The notes under the pieces: generated by a model
The model's input: the letters and a program-made list of their open reading frames with translations, nothing else
Database searches by the model: none
What the model was told of the DNA's origin: nothing
Part shown: piece by piece, positions 1 to 11,350 of the stretch
Layout: every line of letters begins with the position of its first letter
Numbering within the stretch: position 1 is the first letter of the stretch
Origin: Gracilinanus agilis
Taxonomy: Eukaryota
Direction: 5' to 3'
DNA length: 64,000 nucleotides
Assembly (NCBI RefSeq): GCF_016433145.1
Contig: NC_058135.1
Location: forward strand, 43,921,166 to 43,985,165
Position numbers and translations under genes: made by a program

Positions 1-127
1 AACCTGCCTAGATAAAGTAGAATCTTATAATAACCAAAAAGAGTGGAGAAATTTAGGACTAATTGACCTGAGATTAATACTAAATAATAAAATTAGCATT
101 TATATAATGCTTTAAAGACATTTATAC

Positions 128-352
128 AGGCAGTTAGGCAGCCCAGTGGATAGAATGCTGAATCTGGAATCATGAAGGCCTGAATTTAGATTCAGCCATA
201 GGCACATGTACTACCTGTATGAACCTGGGCAAATCACCTAACCTCTGTTTCCTTAATCCACTAGAAAAGGAAATGACTAATCACTCCAGTATCTTTTCTA
301 AGAAACCCGCTGTAGTCCTTGGGGTCATGAAGAGTCAGACACAACTAAACAG
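128..352 (+). mobile_element. Marsupial CORE-SINE (MAR1-like) with RTE-type tail
   Basis: tRNA-derived head (ggcagttagg...gtggatagaatgctg), CORE (ctgggcaaatcacctaacctctgtttc) and tail gaaaaggaaatgactaatcactccagtatc...gtcatgaagagtcagacacaactaaac. Family name from memory. Confidence 0.6.
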
Positions 353-754
353 TGATATCAACCTTTAGAAATACATAATTTTATCTTCACAATAACCCTA
401 GGAAATGGATTCTATTATTATTCTCATTTTACATTAGAAAAACTGAGGCAGACTTTAATTAAATGACTTGCCCATTGATATACCATTAGTAATTATCTGA
501 GACTGTATTTGACCCTGGTTCTTTTAAGTTCATCGCTCCATCTACTATACCTCCTAGCTGCCTATGTACACTATGTTATGCATCCAGTTGGGAGTCTCAA
601 CTGTTTTGCTAAGGAAATTATATCTCTGGCATCTTATAAAATCCTAATTTTCATTATCAATTCACATATTTCTAGTGCACTTATTTCACTTGAACTAAAG
701 TCTGCTTTTCTTATAGTTTACAGTTATAAATAATTTCCTCCAGGATATTGCAAT

Positions 755-757
<3 letters not shown>

Positions 758-791
<34 letters not shown>
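758..791. repeat. (GT)17 microsatellite
   Basis: Perfect dinucleotide run. Confidence 0.95.
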
Positions 792-794
<3 letters not shown>

Positions 795-825
795 AGAAAA
801 TATAGCCCATCCTACTGTAAAAGTG

Positions 826-1035
826 AAATTTGGGAAATGTATCAAACTACATTTCCCGCGGTCCAACGGGTTTCCGTTTCCGGTTTTTGGCCTTGGGAAG
901 GCTTACGTCTTGACTCAGGGAAGGGTTTAAATCTCCTGGGTTAGGAGGGAGTGCTCTCTTTTGCCGGTAGGGGCTTGGCTAGCAGACTGGAGGCAGTAAT
1001 GGAGGCGGCAGTTTTGAATGCTTACAAGCGCATGG
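826..1035. promoter_or_regulatory. Promoter-like CpG patch with ZNF143/THAP11-type, ETS and AP-1 motifs
   Basis: ACTACATTTCCCG at 846-858 and an inverted partner at 832-841; TTCCGG at 878-883; TGACTCA at 911-917; about 9 CpGs in about 175 nt. Confidence 0.4.
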
Positions 1036-1304
1036 TCTAATGATTTTATCTATAAACATGGCTTTAATTAAATTACTAATTTATATATTTATACAAGCCT
1101 TTATCATTTTTCATATTAATACTACCTAACCTTGTTAATTGGTTCTGAGAAGATATGAAACAGTAAAAGAAAGCCAATGCCATTGGAAGCATATTGCGGT
1201 GTGGCCAAAATATGGACTATGATTATTTTTTAAGTGACCAAAAAAGAGACTCAAACAAGAAACTAAGACTGTAGTTATTTAGTTAGTAATTCACAAATAT
1301 TTTA

Positions 1305-1700
1305 TTTTCCCAGTTGTATATAAAAATAATTTTCAACATATGTTTCTCAAAATTGTAAGATCCAAACCATCCCCCACCCCCATGGTAAGCAATTTGATCT
1401 GGACCATGCATATATTATCATGCAAAACACACTTCCATATTGGTCATTGTTGTAAGAGCTCACTTATACAAAACCAAAAGCCCAAAATAAAACTGTAAAT
1501 ACACTTATCTGAAAGATAGTATGCTTTGATCTGTATCCTTCTGACTCCAACATTTTTTTCTCTGGAGGTGGGTAGCATTCCCTTTAAGACTATATTTATA
1601 ATGGTAATACTGATTCTGTTCCCTTTATTCCCACAATTTCCCTTTTCTTCTGTAAAGGGTAGTTGCTGCCAACTCTGGCTCATTATGCTAGTGAGAGGCT
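1305..1700 (-). mobile_element. L1 3' end fragment
   Basis: Resembles the other L1 3' fragments in the window (e.g. near 5700 and 31800), read antisense. Boundaries approximate. Confidence 0.55.
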
Positions 1701-4598
1701 TATGGAGCTGGGGTGCCATTGGTGCTATAGCACAGCTTTGGCTTCTCTGCTCACAACTTGCTGTCTTTTCCTGTCTCTTTATTCCTTAGGCCTCATCCTA
1801 ATGCCACTTTCAAAAGATGTCAAGGGACATAGATACAGTCACAGAATGGTGGGTAGGAAAAAAAGTTAAGTGAGTAGCTACAGGATGGGGGGTGGGGCGG
1901 ACAATGCTGAGTTTCTATAATTCTACAAGCAATTCAGTTTTACTGATTTTTGCCAATGTGATAAAAGTTGGAGGGGGTAGATATATGATTTCATCCGCCA
2001 AAACAGATTAGTGATTCATCTTCAACTTCTAGGCTTGAGAAGAGGTCCTGGGGACCTGAGATATTGATAAAGGCATTTTCCCCTTGGTTTCAAAACCAGT
2101 ATGTGAGAGGCAAGGCTTGAATCCTTCTCTTTTTTCCTGATTTGTAGGCCATCTCTCTTTTCACTGTGTGTCAGTGTTTCTTTTCTTGTCCAGTGTAGCA
2201 CACTGGTCTGTCTTCTGTGCTGTAGGAAAATATAAGTGAGATAATGGGGTCACAGGGATATTACAATAAACTAAGTGGTTTGTGGGAACACACTCTAGGA
2301 TTTATGAGACACTGGACCAGGGTGAAGAGACCAGAGTTTACTGGATTTCCACAGGAATGGCAGTTGATCTTAACTGTCACCCAGCTTCCACTAGACCAGA
2401 GTATAGTAACAGGCTAACAAGGTAAAAGGGACTTACCAGCTTTAATTATGTTAGACTAAAAGGTGGAAAAGTATTTCTATACTTCAAATCTAAAGGATAA
2501 AACCACAGGGCAATGGGAGGACTTATTCTACTCTTAACTTAGTGATCTAAACTAACAGGGCCCAAGGAGCTATAAATGGAGTCTCTGGGTTTCTGCCTCA
2601 AACCTGGAACCTGCCAGGCTTGAGTGCAGCTCTAGGGGCTTTGTGGCTTTGGGATTCTCATTGCAATCCACTGATGATCTCTGGATGCCAAGAGCTAAAG
2701 TTGTCTCAGGAACCAAGTAGAGAGGATTTTGCTTGAAGCACTGTCCTCCAGTTCTCAAACTTCACCTCTTCTTTTGGCTCTGTAGATTTGTCCTTTGGCT
2801 AGATGACACACCACACAGGATCCCAGGGGAAAACAGGAAGCAGGGTGTCCTTTGCTCTGAGGTCTCCCAGGCTGGCAACAGTTTTGCCCACCACTAATGG
2901 AGTCCACACTCAGGGCACAGACAGACTTCCTCCTCCTTCATTCCAATCTGGAATTCCCAGCTCCAGCTCCTTCCTGCTATGTACAACTTAATTCCTAATA
3001 ACTAGCTAATCCAATCTTACCAACCCAAATACTGCCTCATCCTTTCCTTCTCACTAGGTTACTTTGGGTATTTTATTTATGTACCTTGATTACTAAATAG
3101 GTTTTCAGTCCATATATTTGTGCTCTCATCCAGGTCAGCCCGAAAGAGAGTCATGGGGAGATATATCAGGGTCACAATCATTCAGTATTTGAATCTCAGA
3201 TGTGGTATTTTATTGTTTTTAACTTCCTTAAGTATGTGTATTTACATTTAAAAGAAAGCTATCAAGTTTACCAGAAGAAATGTAATTCTTTTAAAAATGT
3301 CTCTTTCCAGCAATCCCTGGGATGGAGATTTAGAATTCTTCCATCAGTGTTGGCATTTTCACTGCTTTAGAGGGGTCACATCTGGACACTGTCATCTTGC
3401 AAGGTTGTTTTACCATTTTAAGACTTAAACCATTTCCCAGTAAAGGATATTTTGCCAGTTGGCTCCTAGCTGCTGAATACTAAGTGGAATTTCTGTTAAA
3501 AGTGTGTGGCTGATAGGTTTTTAAGCCAGCTTTATTACATATTTCTTCCTGTTTTCAGTGTCATTACTTCATGGCCATGCTGAATAAAACCCTTTTCAGG
3601 GAGAAGTACATAAAATGTTTCTCAGAGCCTTATCTTCATCCAAATTTTCATAATGGTAGAAGTCTTTGAATGGGCCTTTTCTGAAATCATCCAGTGAGGA
3701 AGCTTTGGATTTAGAGATATATCTCAGACTTCCCAATTTCAAGTACAATACTTACTCTGCTATTAAATCATCCTGATTTCTTCAATCAAAAAATATGTTG
3801 AAATAGAAAAGAACATTTTTTCCCAATTATCTTATTGATTAGCTCTATCTACACAAAGACTTGCTCTTTACAATATTTGTAGTTAACTCGTGGCCTTAAC
3901 CTACTGGTCAGTCTATGAAAACTTGCTCCCTTGTGTTCTGTGTCAAATACTGTAATACCTATGACACTGCCATGAGCATAGCAGAAAATATGTGAATAGT
4001 AATTGATGATATTAGTGATGACTTTTCACACTACATTCACATTCACAGTAGCTTACTTTTTATGAAGATGCTTATACAACTCTTGGGTCCTTCCTCCTCA
4101 CCCCAGGTTTGCCAAATCAACATCATAGCTTATGAGCCCCTACTGATTTGTTTTCATCAGCCAATCAGATGACAGAAATAAAGGGGCAAGATTATCTATA
4201 TAATGCCCATTATTGATATACTGTCCCACAGGTGGCATCCCCACTGGTGAAAGGCACAGGCAGAGGCCACTTGTGGCTAGGGAACACATGTGCCAAGCCC
4301 ATATAGGAGTCCCCACACCTTGGCCAGGGCACATTCCTCACTAGTACATCTCATCCTTGTGATGCAACTAAGCCACCCGATGCCTCCTGGTGCTCTTGAT
4401 CATCACATCCTCTCTATTGTGGTTTGCTGGGCATTCATTACCTTTCTGCTCTCTCCTAGGTGGCTCTGCAGGGCTGTGTTTGCAGGACTGTCCCCTGCTG
4501 CAGTTGGTAGGACTTAAGCTCTATAGGACTGTAAAAAGGAATTCTTTATTCCTTTTTAAATTTAACGGAGACCTGGATGTACTCTTACCATAGAGATG

Positions 4599-5389
4599 TG
4601 TAGGGATTAACCAGCCGACAGTGACAGGAAGTAGAAACCATAGAGACAGGAAGGAGGAACCAAAGAAATAGGAAGTGAGGTAGGAAAAGGATATAAAGGG
4701 GGCCTCGCATCAGTTGGTTGGCCTGTCTGTTGCTGACATTTAGGGGCTCGGTTTCTGACAGTTGCTATGCTAGGTGTGTCATTGGGGGTTGGTTGCTGGT
4801 GGTGTGGGTTGATGATTAGTTGGTGTTTGGTCTTTAGTTGCTGGAATACAAAACGTGAGCCTGAGCTTACTGAGAGGGCTTTTGGCTTTAGCCTTTAGAG
4901 GGCTTTTTGCCTTTTGGGTTTTTGGCTTTTGGTTTGGGCTGTTAGGTTTTTTCCCTTGAACTTTTTGGAAAGTGGCTGGTCTTCGTTGACAGACCTAATT
5001 GGGGTTGGATTGAACACTGATTGGGTTGGTTTTGATTGGACTGGATTGAGTTGGAACTTTGTGGGGTGGTTGTAATGGTTGTAATTAACCACAGATATAG
5101 GTAAATATAGGCAGTTTTAGATCACAATTATAGACAGTTATAGATGGTTATAGGATAGCTAGTTAGGTATTAGGAAATTTATTTCTCTACCTCTTTACTA
5201 TATTAATTTTACTATATTCTTTTACTATCTTTATATTTTAATTAAACTAAATTGTTAATTGTTAAAAGTTGCTAGAAGTTTTCTTTTCTCTGGCTTAAAG
5301 GGATCATATTAGTTTACAACTCTATTATATTCTCATTAAAGCTTAAGTTATTAAAAGCTGCTCTCTTATTTTGTCAAAACCCCCTTACA
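4599..5389 (+). mobile_element. Solo LTR-like element
   Basis: Starts TGTAGGGATTAA; TATA-like gatataaag at about 4690-4698; ATTAAA signals near the end; ends ...TTACA (5318 or about 5389). No TSD found. Confidence 0.4.
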
Positions 5390-5699
5390 GGACCATCTGC
5401 TGAGCTGTTTGCCCCTATTAATGTGCACGCCACTCCCTGACAAAGACAAACTGAGCTCTTCTTGTACATAGCCATGGAGACTATGAACCATTCTACCTGT
5501 GGCAGGGAGGAAGGAAGATTTAGAAGGGCTTCTTGAAGGAGGAGGCAGAGATATGGGAAAGGAGAACATCCCCACCATGAGGGATATGCCTCTACTAAGG
5601 CATTCAGGCAGTTGATGGAATTTATGTTGTTGTTCAGTTGTTTCAGTCATGTCTGATTCTTCATGATCCCATTTGGGATTTTCTTTCTTATAAAAAAAA

Positions 5700-7830
5700 T
5701 TTGGAATAATTTATTTTTCCCCATTGCATATAAAAATAATATTAATTATTATATAATTTAATACTATGAATATTACTAATTTGAACATTTTAAGTTCCAA
5801 ATTCTCCCTTGCTCTCCCTTACCTCCTACTTGAAATGGCAGGCAATTTGATATGTTAAATGTGTACAATTGTGTAAAACATTTCTATATTAGTCATGTTG
5901 TAAAAGAAAACACGCACCTCCCTCCCCCAAAAAAGGCAAACAAAAAATAAAGAAAATTTAAAATAGTATGTATTGATCTGTATTCAGACTCCATCAGTTC
6001 TTTCTTTATAATGGAATATTGTTTTTCATTAAAAGTCCTTCAAAAATGTCTTGAATCACGGTATTGCTGAAATAGGTAAGTCTTTTATAGTTGATCATGC
6101 TATTGTGTACAGTGTTCTCTTGGTTCTGCTCACTTCACTCTGTATCAGTTATGCAAGTCTTTTCAATTTTTTTTTCTGAGCATCCTGTTTGTCATTTTTT
6201 TTTATAGCACAGTAGTCTTCTATCATAATCATATACCATAATTTGTTTAATCATTCCCCAACTGATGGGCAGCCCCTCAAGTTCCAATTATTTGCCACCA
6301 CAGAAAGCTGGCATAAATAGTTGTGTTCATATAGATCAGTGGTTCCCAAACTTTTTTGGCCTACCATCCCCTTTCCAGAAAAAATATTACTTAGCGCCCC
6401 CTGTCACATACTATCACCGCCCCCAAATGCACCTGTGGCCATCACTGCCCTTCTGGATCTCTGCAGCACCCACCAGGGGGCAGTGGCGCCCACTTTGGGA
6501 ATCACTGATATAGGTCCTTTATCTTTTGTTTTTCATCTCTTTGGGATATGAAACTAGGTAGTTTGTTAGATCAGAGTTTTGTAGCCCTTTTGGGATAATT
6601 CCAAATCATTCTCCAGAATGGTCGAAGTGGTTCACAACTCCACAGAACAGTGCATTAGTATCTCAGTCATTACCTCCAACATTTGACATTTTGCTTTTCT
6701 ATCAGATTAGCCAATCTTAGAGTTGTAGGGTGGCACCTCAGAGTTGTTCTCATTTGCATTTCTCAAATCAATCATGACTTGGAGCATTTTTTTTATATGA
6801 CTAGGGATAGCTTTGATTACTTCATCTGAAAAATTTATATCTTTTCATAGTTTTTGAACATTTATGAATTAGGGAATGACATATCTTTATAAATTTGACT
6901 CATTCCTCTATATATTTGAGAAATGAAGCTTTTATCAGAAAATTTTGATGTATTAACTATGTATTTCCCTTCATCTTATTTTTTTCTACTTTCTCTTTCC
7001 TTTCACCCTGATCATCCTCAAAAGTTTTTTGCTTCTGACCACTGCCTTCCCCAGTCTGCCCTCTTTTCCTTTAGTCCCTTCCCCCCTTTTCTTATCTTTG
7101 CCTTTCCTACTTTCCTGTAGAATAAGATACATTTATATACCCAACCAAATATGTATGTTATTCCCTTTTGGAGTCAATTCCAACGAGAGTAAGATTCAAA
7201 GCACCCTCCATGGTATGAGATAATTTACTCCATTTTACTTCTCCCTTCTCCCTTCTTCTAGTGCATTGCTCTTTCTCATCCTTTAATTTTATTTTTTTTA
7301 GATATCACCCTATCATATTGAACACATGTGTTCACAATAATGATGAAGTGCTTAGGTGTTACTAGTATCATCATTCCATGTAGATCTTTAAATAGTTTAA
7401 CCTTATTCAATCTCTTATGATTTCTTTTTCTTATTTACCTTTTTTCTCTTCTGTCTTATATTTGAACATCAGATTTTCCATTCAGCTCTGCTCTTTCATC
7501 AGAAATGCTTGAATATCTTCTATTTTGTTGTATATCCTTTTTTCTCCTGAAGGATTATACTCATATTTGGTGTTTAGGTAATTCTTGGTTGTAATCCTAG
7601 CTCCTTTGCCCACCAGAATATCATATTCCAAGTCTTCCAGTTCTTTAGAAATGTAAAGGCTGCTAAATCTTGAGTTATTCTGACTGCGGCTTCATATTAT
7701 TTGAATTGTTTCTTTTTAACTATTTGCAAATTTTGGGAGTTCTGGAACTTGGCAATAATATTCCAGAGAGTTTTCATTTTGAGAATTCTTTCAGGTGATT
7801 GGTAGATTCTTTCAATTTTTATTTGTTAAT
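5700..7830 (-). mobile_element. L1 fragment (ORF2 C-terminal region and 3' end), interrupted by a hAT MITE
   Basis: Antisense L1 motifs such as cattccccaactgatgggc, ttcacaactccac and tggcacctcagagttgttctcatttgcatttctc, shared with the L1 copies near 30400, 32200 and 60700. Boundaries approximate. Confidence 0.8.
6337..6507 (-). mobile_element. Non-autonomous hAT element, family 1 (171 bp)
   Basis: TIRs CAGTGGTTCCCAAA...TTTGGGAATCACTG; TSD ATATAGAT/ATATAGGT. Confidence 0.92.
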
Positions 7831-8769
7831 ATAGTACATATACATTCACAATAGGCAGTGGAGATAGAGAAAGGACTTAAGATAGGGAGTTTCTGATAGA
7901 GGAAACTACTTCTAAAATAAAAGTAAACACCTTCTTTGAAACTTTTAACCTTAGAAAATTTCCTAGGCAAATTGACTTACCCAGGATTATATAGTTAGTA
8001 TGTATCTGAAACTGGATGTTAAGAGGCCTTCTTGACTATAAATCTTGACACACACACCCCCATCCCCTCTCTCTTGTGTTTTCAACTCCTCACCATTTGT
8101 TGGGAACTCTTTATGTTATAGGATTATAAGATCCTGGCCTAAACCAACCATTTCCCAACTTCCCTAGGATTCTTATTGAATTAGGGACTCATTTTTTCTT
8201 TAGTTGTTTGTGTTCTTGGGTTTATTGAACATGGAACTGCAGTGGTGAATTGCTTCTTGGTTTTGCTTATCAACTCTGTTTTATTTCTTCATTATTTCTT
8301 GAGATTAACTGCTAATAGTCACTAATATTCCATAATGTGTGATCAGCATTTGCTGCCTATTTCCTGCATGTCATAATATTCTGTGTGTTGCCTCATAATC
8401 ATTGCTACTGTAGCCATTTCTTTTGTCACAGAGGATTATGGCTTCTGGTGGGAAATAACCAACTGGAGCAGAAGGGTACATAATAAGAACACAGAAACAA
8501 GCTTTTATAATTGAGCAAATAATAAAATATTGGGTGAAAAATTAACATATAGATACATAAGTAGGGATAATTTGTTTAAAATATTTTTTCAGATTTTATA
8601 TTTGGAACTTGAGAGGTTTCTGAGGAGATATTTTTTAAAAATGTAATGTGATTAAGCCACAAAAACTGAGTAAAAAGCATTTAGAAATGAAAGCTACTTT
8701 AAAAAATTATCCAAGAAAACCTTCTTCTTTTCATACCCAGGATCTGGTTGGGGATGAGTAGGGGATTCA

Positions 8770-9150
8770 GCAAGTCAGTCAGTTTATGTTCCAGGCACTG
8801 TGTGGAGTGCTGGTGATACAAAGAGTGCCCTCCACCCCCAAGTTCCTGCCCTCAATGATAATCTAACTGGGGAGACAACTTATAAATAACTAGGTACATA
8901 CAATATAGAGAAGTAACCTTCAAGAGGAAAGCATTTACTAGTGGGGGACCAAGAAAGGCTGCCTGTACAAGTTGAGATTTGAGCTGGGTCTTGAAAGCAG
9001 CAAGAAAATAAAATGGAGATGAGGAGGGGAAACATTTCAGCTTGGAGACCAGAAAGTGTGAATCTGTGGTAAAAATGATGCAGATGGCTACTCCTTCCCC
9101 CCTTCTTGGTCTCCCCACACTGAGCACCACCATGCCTTAAAAGGCAGATG
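8770..9150 (-). mobile_element. L2 3' fragment
   Basis: Antisense L2 3' motifs (ccaggcactgtg...tgctggtgatacaaagag; ttgagatttgagctgggtcttgaa). Confidence 0.55.
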
Positions 9151-10574
9151 TTTCTTGTCAAACAAGTAATTCACTCCCTCCCATAATTTCTACCAAAAAG
9201 CGCCATCATTAACCTAGTGGGTTAATTACCAAGTGAATGCCACTGTGGTACAGTCAGGATCTGTAGAGGCCTACCATTCAAATGAGGACCGTGACTTGTT
9301 GACTGTACTACTTGATATTCCTCATGCTCTCTGACCATCAAATCCTACCTCTTTCTCCTTTAATGTTTTCAATTTGTAGGTTTCGACTAGGCAAAAATGT
9401 CTTTTCCTATTTACCTATCTATCTCAACCTTGGCCATGCCCAATTCCATTCCTCTTTTGCATTCCATTTCCTCCATGATCTCTGGGAGTTTCCTTTATTG
9501 CTGCCCTTCCTCTTCTCCCATTCCTTCCATCTTCTGCTGCTCACTGTATTCTGCCTTTGTTCCAAAGACATCAAATCTCTTCACACCCTTTCTGTACCCT
9601 TGCATACAGGACCTGGAAAAGGAGTTTTCATAGTTCTTTCCTTCAGACTGCCAATTTCCTACCCTTCTTCTGCCATTAGCATTTATTTATCTTCTCTCTT
9701 ACTTTAAAGTTCATTCTGTTCCATCTAGGGCCTCATTCCCATCATCTGTGGATCTCCAGTCACTCATTTTCCTCGATTTCTGTTAGCAATCTACCTTAAC
9801 CATACACAGGTATGGCCATCCCTTGAAACTATGCCACATGACATCTTCTCCATTTATGTGTATTTGTTGTTTTAATTTTATTTGTAAGGAAACAAAAATA
9901 ACTATAATTTTCTTTTAGACCTTGATATTCAGATCTTTGATCCTTCTCAAAGGTTCTATCATCTAATTTTCCATTAACAGAAGGCTAATAATAAATACGG
10001 TAAGGTTGGAGTAACATGGGGGGGAAAACATGCTTTTATTTGGAACTTTTATTAATGTCTTTTTCTAAGTGTATATATAATTCAAATTTCTGTTCTGTTC
10101 AGTTTAAATCTGGTGCTTGGCATTAGGTAGGGAATATAGATAGTATTTGCTGCTTTTGTAGAACTTACAATTTAGTTGGAGGATATGGCATGTATACATA
10201 ACTATAGTGTATGGTATAAGTATGTAGTATATATAGGTATATTGTATAAGTATATTATATGTTATGTAAGTATATAGTATAATTTGTAACATTATATGAT
10301 GTAAAAACCAGACTCTTTTATCCCAGTGTTACTGATGTGTAGAGTTAACATTCAGTTTCCACTAGCTATTTTGTCCCCCTTTCAGTTCCTGTTGGAAAAT
10401 CCCCAAGTATACTTTCTTGCCATATCCTCCCAATCATCCTTCTGACTACACAAGTACACGGAAGAGTTGCATTTTGAACCATGGACAAACATGGGGACAG
10501 AAATAGATGCATAAACAGGTGCATTCATTTGTCATTTTCAGAGCCTAGGCATGTAGGTAGAAGATATCCTTTTT

Positions 10575-10766
10575 CAGGTGGTTCCCAAACTTTTTTGGCC
10601 TCCCACCCCCTTTCCAGAAAAAATATTACTTAGCTCCCTGGAAATTAATTTTTAAAAATTTTAATAGCAATTAATAGGAAAGATAAATGCACCTGTGATC
10701 ATTACCGCCCTCCTGGATCGCTGCAGCACCCACCGGGGGCAGTGGCACCCACTTTGGGAATCACTG
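10575..10766 (-). mobile_element. Non-autonomous hAT element, family 1 (about 190 bp, AT-rich internal variant)
   Basis: Ends gtggttcccaaactttttt...tttgggaatcactg. Internal sequence is the reverse complement of the 60232 copy. Left end is damaged and no TSD is visible. Confidence 0.88.
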
Positions 10767-10879
10767 GACTAGAGGGACTCTCTGGGCCCTTCTAGTGATC
10801 AAATTCTCTAACTCTAATTTAATACACCTGGATTTCAGCACTCCCTTTGCCAGTCTCTCAGACCATCTTTGTGTCCAGA

Positions 10880-11350
10880 TAACACTGCATCTGGGTGGAT
10901 CCAGCTGGATGAATGACTAGATTCATTATTGAATTTAGAACTAGAGAATGGAAGGTTTGGCTGATCTCTCCATGGCCCTTTGTGATTCTGTATACTTTAT
11001 TGGTGATGTGCACGAAGGCAATTTTAAAAAATAAATTTTGCAGATTATGTGCAGATATTGACAGGTTAAAATGATGACCAGATCTAATATGATGGAATTT
11101 AATTTGGTTGTTTATAACATCCTATACCTGGGTTCATTTTTCCCCCACAAGTACAGAATGGGAATGATGTGGCTAATATGTCTAATAACTTGAGAAAGTC
11201 ACATGAGAAAGATCTTGGGTTTTAATGGGTCACAAACTCAATAAAAAGCAGAAATAGGATAACAACTAGAAAAAGCAAATCTAATAAGTGACTTCATTGA
11301 GAGGGATTATTTTAAAGATATGGGAGGTGATAACCTGATGATATTTTTGC
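10880..11350 (+). mobile_element. CR1/L3 LINE fragment
   Basis: CR1 RT-region-like phrases (aaattttgcagat, atggaatttaat, cctatacctgggttca, aaagatcttgggttttaatgggtcacaaactcaat). Confidence 0.55.

Noticed and set aside
9312-9707. 131-aa + strand ORF
   Set aside because: Leu/Ser/Phe-rich translation of pyrimidine-rich intron DNA; no recognisable domain or splice support.
10567-10774. TSD for the 10575 hAT copy
   Set aside because: Left flank (cctttttc) does not match right flank (gactagag); the left end looks damaged, so no TSD is claimed.
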